IMG/VR virus record: IMGVR_UViG_3300027499_000002
Length of the DNA stretch: 60,294 bases
Reading direction: 5' to 3' (one strand)
Origin: a virus
A program made the position numbers and the translations under genes. Each line of letters begins with the position of its first letter. The stretch's first letter is position 1. Shown here one piece after another: positions 24,206 to 32,466 of this stretch. Under the pieces are notes generated by a model. It was not told where the DNA came from. It saw only the letters and a list, made by a program, of their open reading frames with translations, and made no database searches.

Positions 24206-25069
24206 ATGTTGCAAATGGAAAATCTGGAGTTCTCGGAAAAGTTCGATCTGTTGGCTGCGGCTCTTGCCGCGTTTCATCTGGAATGCCCGAAGGTCAAAAA
24301 GACTACGTACAACAAGCACCACGAAAAGATGTACGCCGACCTGGGGAATATTCTTCAAGTGGTCAACCCTGTGCTTGCGAAGCATGGTCTGTCGGTGGTT
24401 CAAATCCCGTTGGGTGAACTGACCCTGATTACGATGCTGCTTCATACTTCCGGGCAGTTCATTAAAGCGACGACCCCGATCCGGGTAATGGAAGTGATCG
24501 TCAAGCGGGGAAACGGGAAAGAAATTCCGGACACGATCGGCGTGACGCCACAAGCCTACGGAAGCGGACTGACGTACCAGCGACGGTACACGCTGACTTC
24601 TATGCTGTCGATTTGCCTCGATGAAGACGATGACGACGGCGAGGGCGCAGAAGAGGGAGCGAGGCCCAAGAGCAGGTTCTTGGAAACTGACAATCCGGTC
24701 CCCAAAGACGCTTTCGATGCGAAACCGACGCAGCAATCTAAGCCTGAGCCGAAGACACTGGAAATGCTTACCGAGACTCGAATCGGCGAGATCCTGACCA
24801 TGATGGCCTCGGCAAGCGAATCGCAGCTACCGAAGATGGAGCAATCGCTAAACAACCACGGAATCGCAGGAACGATCAGCAAGGACGACTGGGCGATGCT
24901 GTCCGCTACAATGCTGTCGCGAATGATAACCGTGGCGTCAAGCCCGACTGAGTTGGGCAAGGTCACAAGCAAGCTTGCAGCGTACCGATCTAAGGGGCTC
25001 GTGTCCGAAGAAGCCTTTGCGAAACTCAACGAATCACTGACAAAGCGAACCGAAGAATTTAAGGTTTAG
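24206..25069 (+). CDS. erf: ERF-family single-strand annealing protein
   Basis: Supported by YADLGNILQVVNPVLAKHGLSVVQ...LLHTSGQ...QAYGSGLTYQRRYTLTSMLSICLDEDDDDG. Confidence 0.7.
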   Translation: MLQMENLEFSEKFDLLAAALAAFHLECPKVKKTTYNKHHEKMYADLGNILQVVNPVLAKHGLSVVQIPLGELTLITMLLHTSGQFIKATTPIRVMEVIVKRGNGKEIPDTIGVTPQAYGSGLTYQRRYTLTSMLSICLDEDDDDGEGAEEGARPKSRFLETDNPVPKDAFDAKPTQQSKPEPKTLEMLTETRIGEILTMMASASESQLPKMEQSLNNHGIAGTISKDDWAMLSATMLSRMITVASSPTELGKVTSKLAAYRSKGLVSEEAFAKLNESLTKRTEEFKV

Positions 25070-25070
25070 G

Positions 25071-25370
25071 ATGTCTGAGCGACAAGGTAAAACGGATTTC
25101 GATGTACTGATCGAACTGATCGCTGGTATCGCGCCGGCTTTGATCTCGATCGATCCGGGGCAAGAATGGACGGCAGAAGAAATCGCAGAGATGGCCGTCG
25201 ATCAAGCGCAAGCGATTCAACTCGAACTGAAACGGCGAAAGAAAAATGAGCGTGAAAACCAAACTAGTCACAACAAGCCTGCTGATCCTCGATTCGAGGC
25301 TTCAATGCCGGGAGACGGTCCCCGAAGGGATCATCAAGGAATACGAGGATGGATGGAAAGACAAGGTTGA
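25071..25370 (+). CDS. hypothetical small protein; the last ~40 codons overlap the ParB gene out of frame
   Basis: The first ~58 codons look coding. After 25246 the ParB frame has the coding-like third-position pattern, so the true C-terminus is uncertain. Confidence 0.35.
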   Translation: MSERQGKTDFDVLIELIAGIAPALISIDPGQEWTAEEIAEMAVDQAQAIQLELKRRKKNERENQTSHNKPADPRFEASMPGDGPRRDHQGIRGWMERQG

Positions 25371-26130
25371 TTTTCCACCGGTCCAGGTCTTCGAGGTCGA
25401 AGGCGAACTGTACGTGGTCGATGGATTCTGCCGAGTAATGGCAGCGTCGAATATTGGCAAGTCTAAAATCCCCGCGACTGTCACCAGGGGGACGTTCAGC
25501 GATGCGGTCCGGGCTGCTTGCGGTGCGAACTATGCCCACGGCCTGAGGCGCACAAACGCAGACAAACGCAAGGCGGCGATGATTGCGATCGCACAGTTCC
25601 CGGACGAAACGACCCGGGCTCTGGCTGAAATCTGCGGGGTGTCCCATGCCTATATCGGAAACCTCCGAGACGGGGAAAAGAAGATCGAAAAGCTGATCGA
25701 TCAAGCGGCTGCGGGTGAAGTACCGGAGCTGACCCCTGAGCCAAAGCCTAAGCGTGAAAGGCCACCAGCAAAGCCCGATGCCGGAATTCCGGTTCCCGGC
25801 TGGAAGTGCTCAGACTGCGCTGGCGTGAACCAAGTGCTGACCGATGGCGGGTACGCTTGCTCGGCTTGCTTGTGTCCGGTCGGTCACGTTGGCGTGACGC
25901 CGAGCGCGATTGTGATCGACGATTCAATTCCAGAAACCGAGGAAAACACAACAGATTCGGAAGAAACTTTGGAAACGTTTCCAAACTCGACCGATCCGGA
26001 CCCGGAAAAAATGCCAGCGGTTCACACTGCCTGGGGGCGATTCATCCGGGCTTGTGACGCTGCGAAATGTTCGTCGGTATTTCAGAAAGAAATCGAATCG
26101 GTAACCAAGAAGCTTCGAGGGCTGCAATGA
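25246..26130 (+). CDS. ParB/Srx-fold nuclease-like domain protein with C-terminal zinc ribbon
   Basis: Supported by VQVFEVEGELYVVDGFCRVMAA (the DGxHR-type motif), HTH-like TRALAEICGVSHAYIGNL and WKCSDCAG...CSACLCP. Confidence 0.6.
   Translation: MSVKTKLVTTSLLILDSRLQCRETVPEGIIKEYEDGWKDKVDFPPVQVFEVEGELYVVDGFCRVMAASNIGKSKIPATVTRGTFSDAVRAACGANYAHGLRRTNADKRKAAMIAIAQFPDETTRALAEICGVSHAYIGNLRDGEKKIEKLIDQAAAGEVPELTPEPKPKRERPPAKPDAGIPVPGWKCSDCAGVNQVLTDGGYACSACLCPVGHVGVTPSAIVIDDSIPETEENTTDSEETLETFPNSTDPDPEKMPAVHTAWGRFIRACDAAKCSSVFQKEIESVTKKLRGLQ
25969..25984. repeat. palindrome copy TTGGAAACGTTTCCAA (16/16)
   Basis: Lies inside the ParB-like gene's acidic C-terminal linker, where it is read as L-E-T-F-P. 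Confidence 0.95.
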
Positions 26131-26384
26131 GCAATCCAGTTTGGCAGGTCGGGCCGGTTAAACTGTCCAGAGGTTGTGATGCTGTTATCCATTCGTTTTG
26201 CGAAAAGCGACAGAAATACATCGGAGAATGGAAGGGCATAAGCTGGCGTTTTTATGCTGCTGAGTGGAATATGAAGGGGGAGTATACTGTCGAAGGAATA
26301 GGCGACCCTATTCTTAACCTAGTCCCTCCATTGAAAAAAACGGGAGTCGATCGCGAAGTCACAGAATGGGAGGGGCTATCGTGA
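26127..26384 (+). CDS. hypothetical protein
   Basis: 85 aa with an ATGA overlap onto the ParB stop. Confidence 0.5.
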   Translation: MSNPVWQVGPVKLSRGCDAVIHSFCEKRQKYIGEWKGISWRFYAAEWNMKGEYTVEGIGDPILNLVPPLKKTGVDREVTEWEGLS

Positions 26385-26590
26385 TCCGCATTAAGTTCAT
26401 CCACGACACAGAAACAAAAAAAGTATCGTCGCTTAAATTTGTCTCGACAAAGGACGATGATGCAACTTTGGATTTTTTGACGAAACTCTGTAGCGTGATG
26501 CTTCGCGGTGGCGTTGTTGTGATGGACCCAGGGCTGGCAACGGAAGTGATTTACGAAGCTCCTGGGGTTGATGTTGTTGAAGCTCAATGA
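26381..26590 (+). CDS. hypothetical protein
   Basis: Starts either at GTG in a GTGA overlap or at ATG 26366. About 70 aa. Confidence 0.4.
   Translation: MIRIKFIHDTETKKVSSLKFVSTKDDDATLDFLTKLCSVMLRGGVVVMDPGLATEVIYEAPGVDVVEAQ
26507..26518 (+). promoter_or_regulatory. promoter-like motif GGTGGCGTTGTT (intragenic, upstream of the helicase)
   Basis: GATTTTTTGA lies 30 nt upstream. The helicase ATG 26598 lies 80 nt downstream. Confidence 0.25.
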
Positions 26591-26597
26591 GGGGAAG

Positions 26598-28202
26598 ATG
26601 ACCACAAGCAATTGGCCGCACCAGGACTTGGCGAAGGAACGAATCAGGGATGCCAGAGCGCGAGGCATCAAGTCGGTTATCGCGGCTGCCCCATGCGGGG
26701 CCGGTAAGTCGCGGGTTATGCAACAGCTCACTGAGGAAGAACGCTCGGTCGGCGGTAGCGTGAGGATCTATCTCCACCGGACGATGCTCAAAGAGCAATT
26801 GTCAGAGTCATTCACTCGGGCCGGTCTGGATCATGGAATCATGGCGGCGGGACACGAATACGACGAATCGAAACCGATCCAGATTTGCATGACGGATTCA
26901 GTGTTCGCTCGGGCGATCCGGAAGTCGACCTGGGATCTTGGAAACCCATCGTTGGTTCTGTTCGATGAGGCGCACTTGCAAACCAAAAACAAGGCGATAT
27001 CGATCGTCGAAGGTGGCCAGACTGACGGCGGTGCAACTTGGCAAGGCCACAAGGCGAGAGGGGCTTTCGTGCTCGGCATGTCGGCAACGCCGGTCAACTG
27101 CGGAAAGATGTACGAAGAGCTGATCGACTTTGGAAGCTACTCGGAAATGAGACGGGTCAAGGCTCACTTGCCTGTCAGGGTCTACTCTCCTAGCGAAATC
27201 GATTGCTCGGGCTTGAAGCAGGACGTTGACAATGAATTTAGCAGCAAGCAGCTCGAACCGAGGTCCTACAAGATATTTGGCGATGCGTATGCGAACTGGA
27301 GGATCCTGAATCGAGACAGTAGGCCGACGATCCTGTTTGCTCCATCGGTGCCGGCTTCGCGTTGGTTCGCCGAAGAGTGGGCAAAGATGGGTGTCCCGGT
27401 CGCTCATATCGACGGGGAGACTTGCTTACTACCACACCGCAGTTCAACCGGCTCGATCGTCCTAGAGACCTACGACACGACGGCCGAGACTCGAGCGCAG
27501 GTGATGGCGATGAGCAAAAGCGGTGAAATCAAGGTACTGATGAACCGATTTATTTTGCGCGAGGCGATCGACATGCCATGGCTGTACCACGGTATCGCAG
27601 CTACGGTGTTCGGTGGAATCGCAACGTACTTGCAATCGGTCGGACGGATCCAAAGGTACTTTCCAGACTACGAGTACAAGATACTTCAAGACCACGGCGG
27701 GAGCTTCTGGCGACACGGAAGCCCGAACATGGACAGGGAATGGACGCTTGGATGCACGAACAAAACGATTGCTCAGGGCCGAGCTACACGAATCGCGAAA
27801 GCAGACAAGCCGCAGGACGTTGAGGGGATTTGCTGTCCGAAGTGCAAGGTCTGGCGTCAATACGGGCAACGGTGTCCAGGCTGTGGCCATGCTCACGCGC
27901 AGAGTGTCCGATCAGTGCAGATGGTCGGCGGCGAACTTAAACTGATGCGAGGCTTGGTCAACAAGCAAAAGAAAAAGACGTCCAAGAACGCAAACCAAAT
28001 TTGGGTCTCGGTCCTGTACTCGATGTCGAGGTCCGACAAACCGTGCAGTAGTGCGGTTGCGGTCTGGCAGGCGCGATGTGCGAAAGAGGGCGTTTGGGCC
28101 AACCCTGCCGAGCTACGATTCAAGCCACCGGCGCACGGATCGGTCGACTATCATCGTAGGGTAAGTGATGTGTTTCCCTGGACAAGGCCGAGGGTGAAAT
28201 GA
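26598..28202 (+). CDS. SF2 DEAH-box DNA helicase with C-terminal zinc ribbon
   Basis: It has Walker A AAPCGAGKS, the DEAH box VLFDEAH, motif VI-like QSVGRIQR and CCPKCKV...CPGCGH. Confidence 0.75.
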   Translation: MTTSNWPHQDLAKERIRDARARGIKSVIAAAPCGAGKSRVMQQLTEEERSVGGSVRIYLHRTMLKEQLSESFTRAGLDHGIMAAGHEYDESKPIQICMTDSVFARAIRKSTWDLGNPSLVLFDEAHLQTKNKAISIVEGGQTDGGATWQGHKARGAFVLGMSATPVNCGKMYEELIDFGSYSEMRRVKAHLPVRVYSPSEIDCSGLKQDVDNEFSSKQLEPRSYKIFGDAYANWRILNRDSRPTILFAPSVPASRWFAEEWAKMGVPVAHIDGETCLLPHRSSTGSIVLETYDTTAETRAQVMAMSKSGEIKVLMNRFILREAIDMPWLYHGIAATVFGGIATYLQSVGRIQRYFPDYEYKILQDHGGSFWRHGSPNMDREWTLGCTNKTIAQGRATRIAKADKPQDVEGICCPKCKVWRQYGQRCPGCGHAHAQSVRSVQMVGGELKLMRGLVNKQKKKTSKNANQIWVSVLYSMSRSDKPCSSAVAVWQARCAKEGVWANPAELRFKPPAHGSVDYHRRVSDVFPWTRPRVK

Positions 28203-28750
28203 GTTGGATGGAATTTACTTCGAGGAAACAACTTGCAGCATGGTTGCTGTTCAGCGATCAGGGCCTACGGTTCCTGTCCTGGTTCTTCCGGAAGTATTAC
28301 AAGAGCATAATGAATACCGAGGCCGGCAACGCAGCTTACGAGTGGATACGATCGGAAATCATTCGCGAGGAACAAGAGCGAGGCTTGGCGCGACGGATCG
28401 TGATCGAGCGATTCCCGGATGGATTCCTGAAAGTATACGGGGAAAAAACCGACGTTGTTTTTATTCACAGGCTTATTGTCCCGAACGACACGGCGTTAAA
28501 GCTTGAAGAACGACTGGCTGAGTTGAGCTGTCCGAAGAGAGCAAAGGAGACGTACGATGGCAGGGTGTTGGCAACGGATTTTTATCAGGGGCGAACCGTG
28601 GAGCAAGAGGCCAAGCGCAGAGCGAGGATCGACATTTCAGAAGCGATCGGTCGAGCAGTGCCTAAGACGGATCGAGTCAACGCGAAATATCGAGCTGGTG
28701 ATCACGTCGCTGGAGCTGGTGGAGTATCAAGAAACGCCGGGGGTGTTTGA
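28199..28750 (+). CDS. hypothetical protein
   Basis: ATGA overlap with the helicase stop. The last ~25 codons have an atypical third-position pattern. Confidence 0.45.
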   Translation: MSWMEFTSRKQLAAWLLFSDQGLRFLSWFFRKYYKSIMNTEAGNAAYEWIRSEIIREEQERGLARRIVIERFPDGFLKVYGEKTDVVFIHRLIVPNDTALKLEERLAELSCPKRAKETYDGRVLATDFYQGRTVEQEAKRRARIDISEAIGRAVPKTDRVNAKYRAGDHVAGAGGVSRNAGGV

Positions 28751-28823
28751 TGCGATCTGCAAAGGGTGGGAAGGATCGAACCGAGATTTGCTTACAGAGC
28801 TCATTTCGGCCTTGGGAGCTTGA
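28557..28823 (+). CDS. possible overlapping small ORF
   Basis: A strong RBS (AAGGAGA) lies 6 nt before ATG 28557. The distal half (IELVITSLELVEYQETPGVFDAICKGWEG...) has genome-typical G/C-ending codons. It overlaps both neighbours. Confidence 0.3.
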   Translation: MAGCWQRIFIRGEPWSKRPSAERGSTFQKRSVEQCLRRIESTRNIELVITSLELVEYQETPGVFDAICKGWEGSNRDLLTELISALGA

Positions 28824-29205
28824 CGGCTACAGGGCCAAGTTCGAGTACGATGCAATGCGTTCGCTATTCGCTTGCTGCTGGGCCTGTGGCGCGAGTCGCA
28901 AGCCGATGGAGTATTACGGGCCATGGCTGATCGAACGTGCTCATATCGCGAATAAACCCCGCAGAGAGGACAGACGGCTGGTAGTGATGCTCTGCACAAT
29001 TTGTCACAAGAGCGAGCACGGCGAACGGCTCAAGGGATTTGATCGACCGAGGCTTACAGTGGGGCAGATGCTCGCGTTGAAACTTGAATGTGACCCTGAC
29101 TGGTACGACTTGAGGTTTCTTCAAAAACATTCGGTCAGGCTGCTGTATGCCGAGCCGGTCGTCAGGTGGTACGTCGAAGAAAGGATCCGGAACCGTGGTA
29201 ATTGA
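28750..29205 (+). CDS. HNH endonuclease
   Basis: Supported by CWACG...ERAHI...LCTICHKSEHG. The start is either ATG 28750 (TGATG coupling) or ATG 28855. Confidence 0.6.
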   Translation: MRSAKGGKDRTEICLQSSFRPWELDGYRAKFEYDAMRSLFACCWACGASRKPMEYYGPWLIERAHIANKPRREDRRLVVMLCTICHKSEHGERLKGFDRPRLTVGQMLALKLECDPDWYDLRFLQKHSVRLLYAEPVVRWYVEERIRNRGN

Positions 29206-29557
29206 TCTTCCGTGGCCGCGAGGCGTGACGGCGCAAAACGAGAGCAAGTGGCAAGGCAAAATCAGGCCGATTGCCGACTTGAAGCTCATCGCCAAAATGA
29301 TCACGCTTGACCAAATATCTCGGGGCCAGTCCCCGGTCAAGGGTCCACATGTGATCCACTATCGGTTCTTTGTTCCGGACAACCTCCGGAGAGACCGAGC
29401 GAACATGGTCCAAATGTGCAAAGCCCTGGTCGATGGGGTCGTCGCTGCTGGTGCGATCGAGGGGGACCACTGGCAAATTTCCTGGATTGGGCGGGTCGAG
29501 GTCGAGATTCGCAAGGGAAATCCTGGCGTTCGGCTGGAAATCGTCAGTTGCGCGTAA
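29195..29557 (+). CDS. rusA: RusA-like Holliday junction resolvase
   Basis: FFVPDNLRRDRANMVQMCKALVDGVVAAGAIEGDHWQI matches the RusA core pattern (rrRDxDNxxKxxxDxl...DD). I prefer GTG 29195, although the track begins at 29147. Confidence 0.55.
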   Translation: MVIDLPWPRGVTAQNESKWQGKIRPIADLKLIAKMITLDQISRGQSPVKGPHVIHYRFFVPDNLRRDRANMVQMCKALVDGVVAAGAIEGDHWQISWIGRVEVEIRKGNPGVRLEIVSCA

Positions 29558-29584
29558 AAAAATTGATGAAAAAAATAGGTTAAA

Positions 29585-29630
29585 CCGCGCCCTGGGGTGC
29601 TCGAAACTGGGCCTGGGTGTATAATGGATC
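29585..29630 (+). promoter_or_regulatory. early promoter unit 3 (TGTATAAT)
   Basis: CCGCGCCC...AAACTGGGCCTGGGTGTATAATGG shares the CGCGCCC and AAACTGGGCC blocks with units 1 and 2. It drives the sigma factor gene. Confidence 0.55.
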
Positions 29631-29683
29631 GTGTGACGGGTCGCTGACCCGATTGTTTCTGAAAAGATTTGAAAGGGCAGGAA

Positions 29684-30145
29684 ATGCTTGAAGTTCTGGA
29701 TGGTTTGCGTGGCGTGATTCGGTCGAAAATCCGAGGCGTAGAGGCCAAAATCGACATTGATGATGTGATGCAGGATGCGGCGATTGCGATCCTCACAGGT
29801 TACGGGGCCGCACCTCGAACCAAGGCAGTTTGGACGGCAAAATCGGCTCGCCGGAAGTGCTGGCGGGACTCACGACGGGACCACGAACGGTTGGTCAACG
29901 GGGGAAACCCGAACCAAGAAATCAGCCACAACCTGCTTGAGGATCTGATCCGTGGTGAAGAGACCAAGCAACTCGGTCAGGCGATCAACCAGCTCGACCC
30001 GGACACGCTGACGGCGATCCGGATGCGGTTCTACGAGGACAAGGCGTTCGCCGAGATTGCCGATCACTTCGGGGTCTCGAATCCTACCGCGGCGGCGATG
30101 GTTCGGCGTGGCCTGGAAACCCTCCGAGAAGCTATCGGCGAATAA
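29684..30145 (+). CDS. ECF-type sigma-70 family sigma factor
   Basis: It has region 2-like DDVMQDAAIAIL...W...ARRKCWRDSRRD and region 4 HTH LTAIRMRFYEDKAFAEIADHFGVSNPTAAAMVRRGLETLREAI. Confidence 0.65.
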   Translation: MLEVLDGLRGVIRSKIRGVEAKIDIDDVMQDAAIAILTGYGAAPRTKAVWTAKSARRKCWRDSRRDHERLVNGGNPNQEISHNLLEDLIRGEETKQLGQAINQLDPDTLTAIRMRFYEDKAFAEIADHFGVSNPTAAAMVRRGLETLREAIGE

Positions 30146-30156
30146 GGATCTGAGCA

Positions 30157-30414
30157 ATGCGAGTCCAAAAAACGCAGTGCTCCACGTGTATCTACCGTCC
30201 AGACTCGCCCCTGGACCTAGCGAAGCTTGAGGCTGATGTGGCTGACGGATACGGTGGGTTTAAGGGGCATCGGATTTGCCACCATAGCGATGATGCTTGC
30301 TGTGCTGGGTTCTGGGCTCGACACAAGAACGAGTTCCAGTTGGGGCAGATTGCGCAGCGGTTCGGGGTGGTCGAGTTTGTTCAAGATGACACTTTGAAGG
30401 GTAAAACAAAATGA
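30157..30414 (+). CDS. Cys/His-rich small protein (anti-sigma candidate by position)
   Basis: 85 aa with CSTC...GHRICHHSDDACCAGFW. It lies immediately downstream of the sigma gene. Confidence 0.4.
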   Translation: MRVQKTQCSTCIYRPDSPLDLAKLEADVADGYGGFKGHRICHHSDDACCAGFWARHKNEFQLGQIAQRFGVVEFVQDDTLKGKTK

Positions 30415-30887
30415 CTGATAGCAGGAAGACTTTCGCGCTGGTTGGATGCTCGAAGAAAAAACGAGTATCGAAAGATTCATTCCGCGACTTTGTGCCGGCG
30501 CGTGAGCTTTACACTTCGGACCTGTTTCAGAAGCGAGTCGCGCACGTCGAGGGTCGAGGCTTGCCGTGGTTCATCCTCAGTGCGAAATCAGGGTGTATTA
30601 CGCCGATCACTCCGTTGAGGCTCTACGATATCAAGATGGGCGACAAAGCACCTATCGACGTTGCTGCTTGGCACGTTGGCGCGGCTAGTCAATTCGTGGA
30701 TCTTCTGTACCACGACTGGGACATTCGAGACCTGAAAGAGGTCGAGGTTGAATTGCACGCAGGGGCAAACTACTCGAAGCCGCTCGCAGACATTTTGGTT
30801 TTGTTGGGTATCAGGGTCATTCTTCCGGTTCGAGGAATGGGGATCGGTCAGCAACTCAAGCACTACAAGGAATCGGTTTCATCATGA
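30411..30887 (+). CDS. hypothetical protein (DUF6884-like pattern)
   Basis: It contains ALVGCSKKK...PARELYTSDLF...WFILSAKSGCITP...LYD. Confidence 0.4.
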   Translation: MTDSRKTFALVGCSKKKRVSKDSFRDFVPARELYTSDLFQKRVAHVEGRGLPWFILSAKSGCITPITPLRLYDIKMGDKAPIDVAAWHVGAASQFVDLLYHDWDIRDLKEVEVELHAGANYSKPLADILVLLGIRVILPVRGMGIGQQLKHYKESVSS

Positions 30888-31138
30888 GCCAAAATCAAGC
30901 AGGCTGGCGTCAGTGGAAGGTCACGGCCTACACTGGCAAAAATCGGAACGTGATGCTTGGGTCAAGCTACGTGCTGGCCGACACCGAACGACAGGCGATG
31001 GAGCTCGGCAGGCGTGCGTTGCGTCTGATCGGAGTGCGGGGATCTTTCCGGGTCTCAGCCTCGCAGTACTTCCCTTGGAGGGATCTGGCCTTTTCTGGTT
31101 TTGTTTTTCAGGTTGCCGGAAGTCCGGCGAAAGGGTAG
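30884..31138 (+). CDS. hypothetical protein
   Basis: 84 aa with an ATGA overlap. Confidence 0.45.
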   Translation: MSQNQAGWRQWKVTAYTGKNRNVMLGSSYVLADTERQAMELGRRALRLIGVRGSFRVSASQYFPWRDLAFSGFVFQVAGSPAKG

Positions 31139-31310
31139 AGCCATAGACCAACCGACAGACTGGATCGAAAGACAGACGGCCAAGCTGCTGGCAAGGGCAA
31201 AGCGTTCGGGGTACTTCCGAGAAGTGATTCAGGACGCAAAGCATTTTGAGTCTCAGGGGTACGTGTGGGATGTGGCCCTTGCGATAGCTTGCGGCTACTG
31301 GTGTTCATAA
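31101..31310 (+). CDS. hypothetical protein
   Basis: 69 aa. The start is uncertain because it overlaps the upstream gene by 38 nt. Confidence 0.35.
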   Translation: MFFRLPEVRRKGRAIDQPTDWIERQTAKLLARAKRSGYFREVIQDAKHFESQGYVWDVALAIACGYWCS

Positions 31311-31334
31311 ACAAACAGGAGGTCAATCAAGACT

Positions 31335-31787
31335 ATGAAAGCACTAACGATAAGCCAACCGTTTGCATCGCTGATTGCCAGCGGTGAAAAGTGGATCGAG
31401 AACCGAAGTTGGTACACTTCCTACCGTGGTCCGCTTGCGATCCATGCTGGGAAGGGACTGCAATATCTCGATCGAGAAGAGGTCAAGGGCTACCCCACTG
31501 GATCTATAATTGCAACAGCGCGTCTATCCGCTTGTGTCGTCCGAGAGGAACTGCAAAGGATGGCGTTCCATTCAACCACGAATGGCAACGAGTTGATTCC
31601 AGGTGCGAAAGTAACATGGAGGCAGGCTTTCGATCATGCTTATACCGAAGGGCCTTGGTGCTGGATACTTGAAGACTTTCAAGCGATCGAGCCGATACAG
31701 GTCAAAGGGGCTCAGGGCCTATGGGCGGTCCCATCGGAAATCCTTGAGTCAATCGCTGCAAGCCAGAAAGCACAATTCAGCCTATAA
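31335..31787 (+). CDS. ASCH domain protein
   Basis: Supported by MKALTISQPFASLIASGEKWIENRSWYTSYRGPLAIHAGK. Confidence 0.6.
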   Translation: MKALTISQPFASLIASGEKWIENRSWYTSYRGPLAIHAGKGLQYLDREEVKGYPTGSIIATARLSACVVREELQRMAFHSTTNGNELIPGAKVTWRQAFDHAYTEGPWCWILEDFQAIEPIQVKGAQGLWAVPSEILESIAASQKAQFSL

Positions 31788-31872
31788 AAAAATAGCGTTG
31801 CGTTTTTCTGCTTTGTTGCGTTGGTTTCGATCTTGGGTTACTCTGTTGGTTCCTTCAAACCTCGGAGTGAAC

Positions 31873-32466
31873 ATGGCAAAAAAGAAAACAGACGCGCAAG
31901 CTCCACCCAAAAACGAACCGACTCAGTGGCGGTCGAAGATCGTCGGGCATGGCAAGGTTGCTGCGTCGCAACTACTGGCCAACCCGTTCAACCATCGCAG
32001 GCATCCTGTGAAGCAACGAGAGCTTGTCTCGGCCTCAATTGATAGGGTTGGAATAGTTAAATCGATTCAAGTCAATAGAGTGACTGGCCGTATCTTAGAC
32101 GGTCACGAGCGCGTTATGCAAGCATTGAGCCGTGGGGATGGTACTCTGGTCGATGTAGAGTACGTCGAACTATCCGAGGAAGATGAAAAAAAAGCGCTGT
32201 TGATTTTGGATGCGTCGAGAGAGATGGCAGGGATCGACAATGATAGGCTTGACGAGTTGGTTGAGCAAAGCGCATTGCCGGACTTTTTCGATGACTATGT
32301 TAGCGGGTTAGTACTGAGTGATTCTGGTCCGCAAAAAAAGTTCGCTGTCCCGTTGACCAAGTTTCTTCGGGTCGAAGTGGAAATCCCTGATGCTCTGGAA
32401 GTTCAGCAAGGAGTTTCCAATGTGCTGAAATCAATGGGTCTTGAAGCAATGGTCGAGGTCTTTTGA
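31873..32466 (+). CDS. ParB N-terminal (Srx-like) domain protein, paralog 1
   Basis: Supported by LLANPFNHRRHPVKQRELVSASIDRVGIVKSIQVNRVTGRILDGHERV. A degenerate promoter motif lies upstream at about 31815. Confidence 0.6.
   Translation: MAKKKTDAQAPPKNEPTQWRSKIVGHGKVAASQLLANPFNHRRHPVKQRELVSASIDRVGIVKSIQVNRVTGRILDGHERVMQALSRGDGTLVDVEYVELSEEDEKKALLILDASREMAGIDNDRLDELVEQSALPDFFDDYVSGLVLSDSGPQKKFAVPLTKFLRVEVEIPDALEVQQGVSNVLKSMGLEAMVEVF

Noticed and set aside
29147-29194. N-terminal 16 codons of the RusA-like ORF as listed (start 29147)
   Set aside because: This part overlaps the HNH gene end by 59 nt and reads as S/G/K-rich filler. GTG 29195 sits just before the HNH stop and begins the conserved VIDLPWP segment. 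The longer form cannot be excluded.
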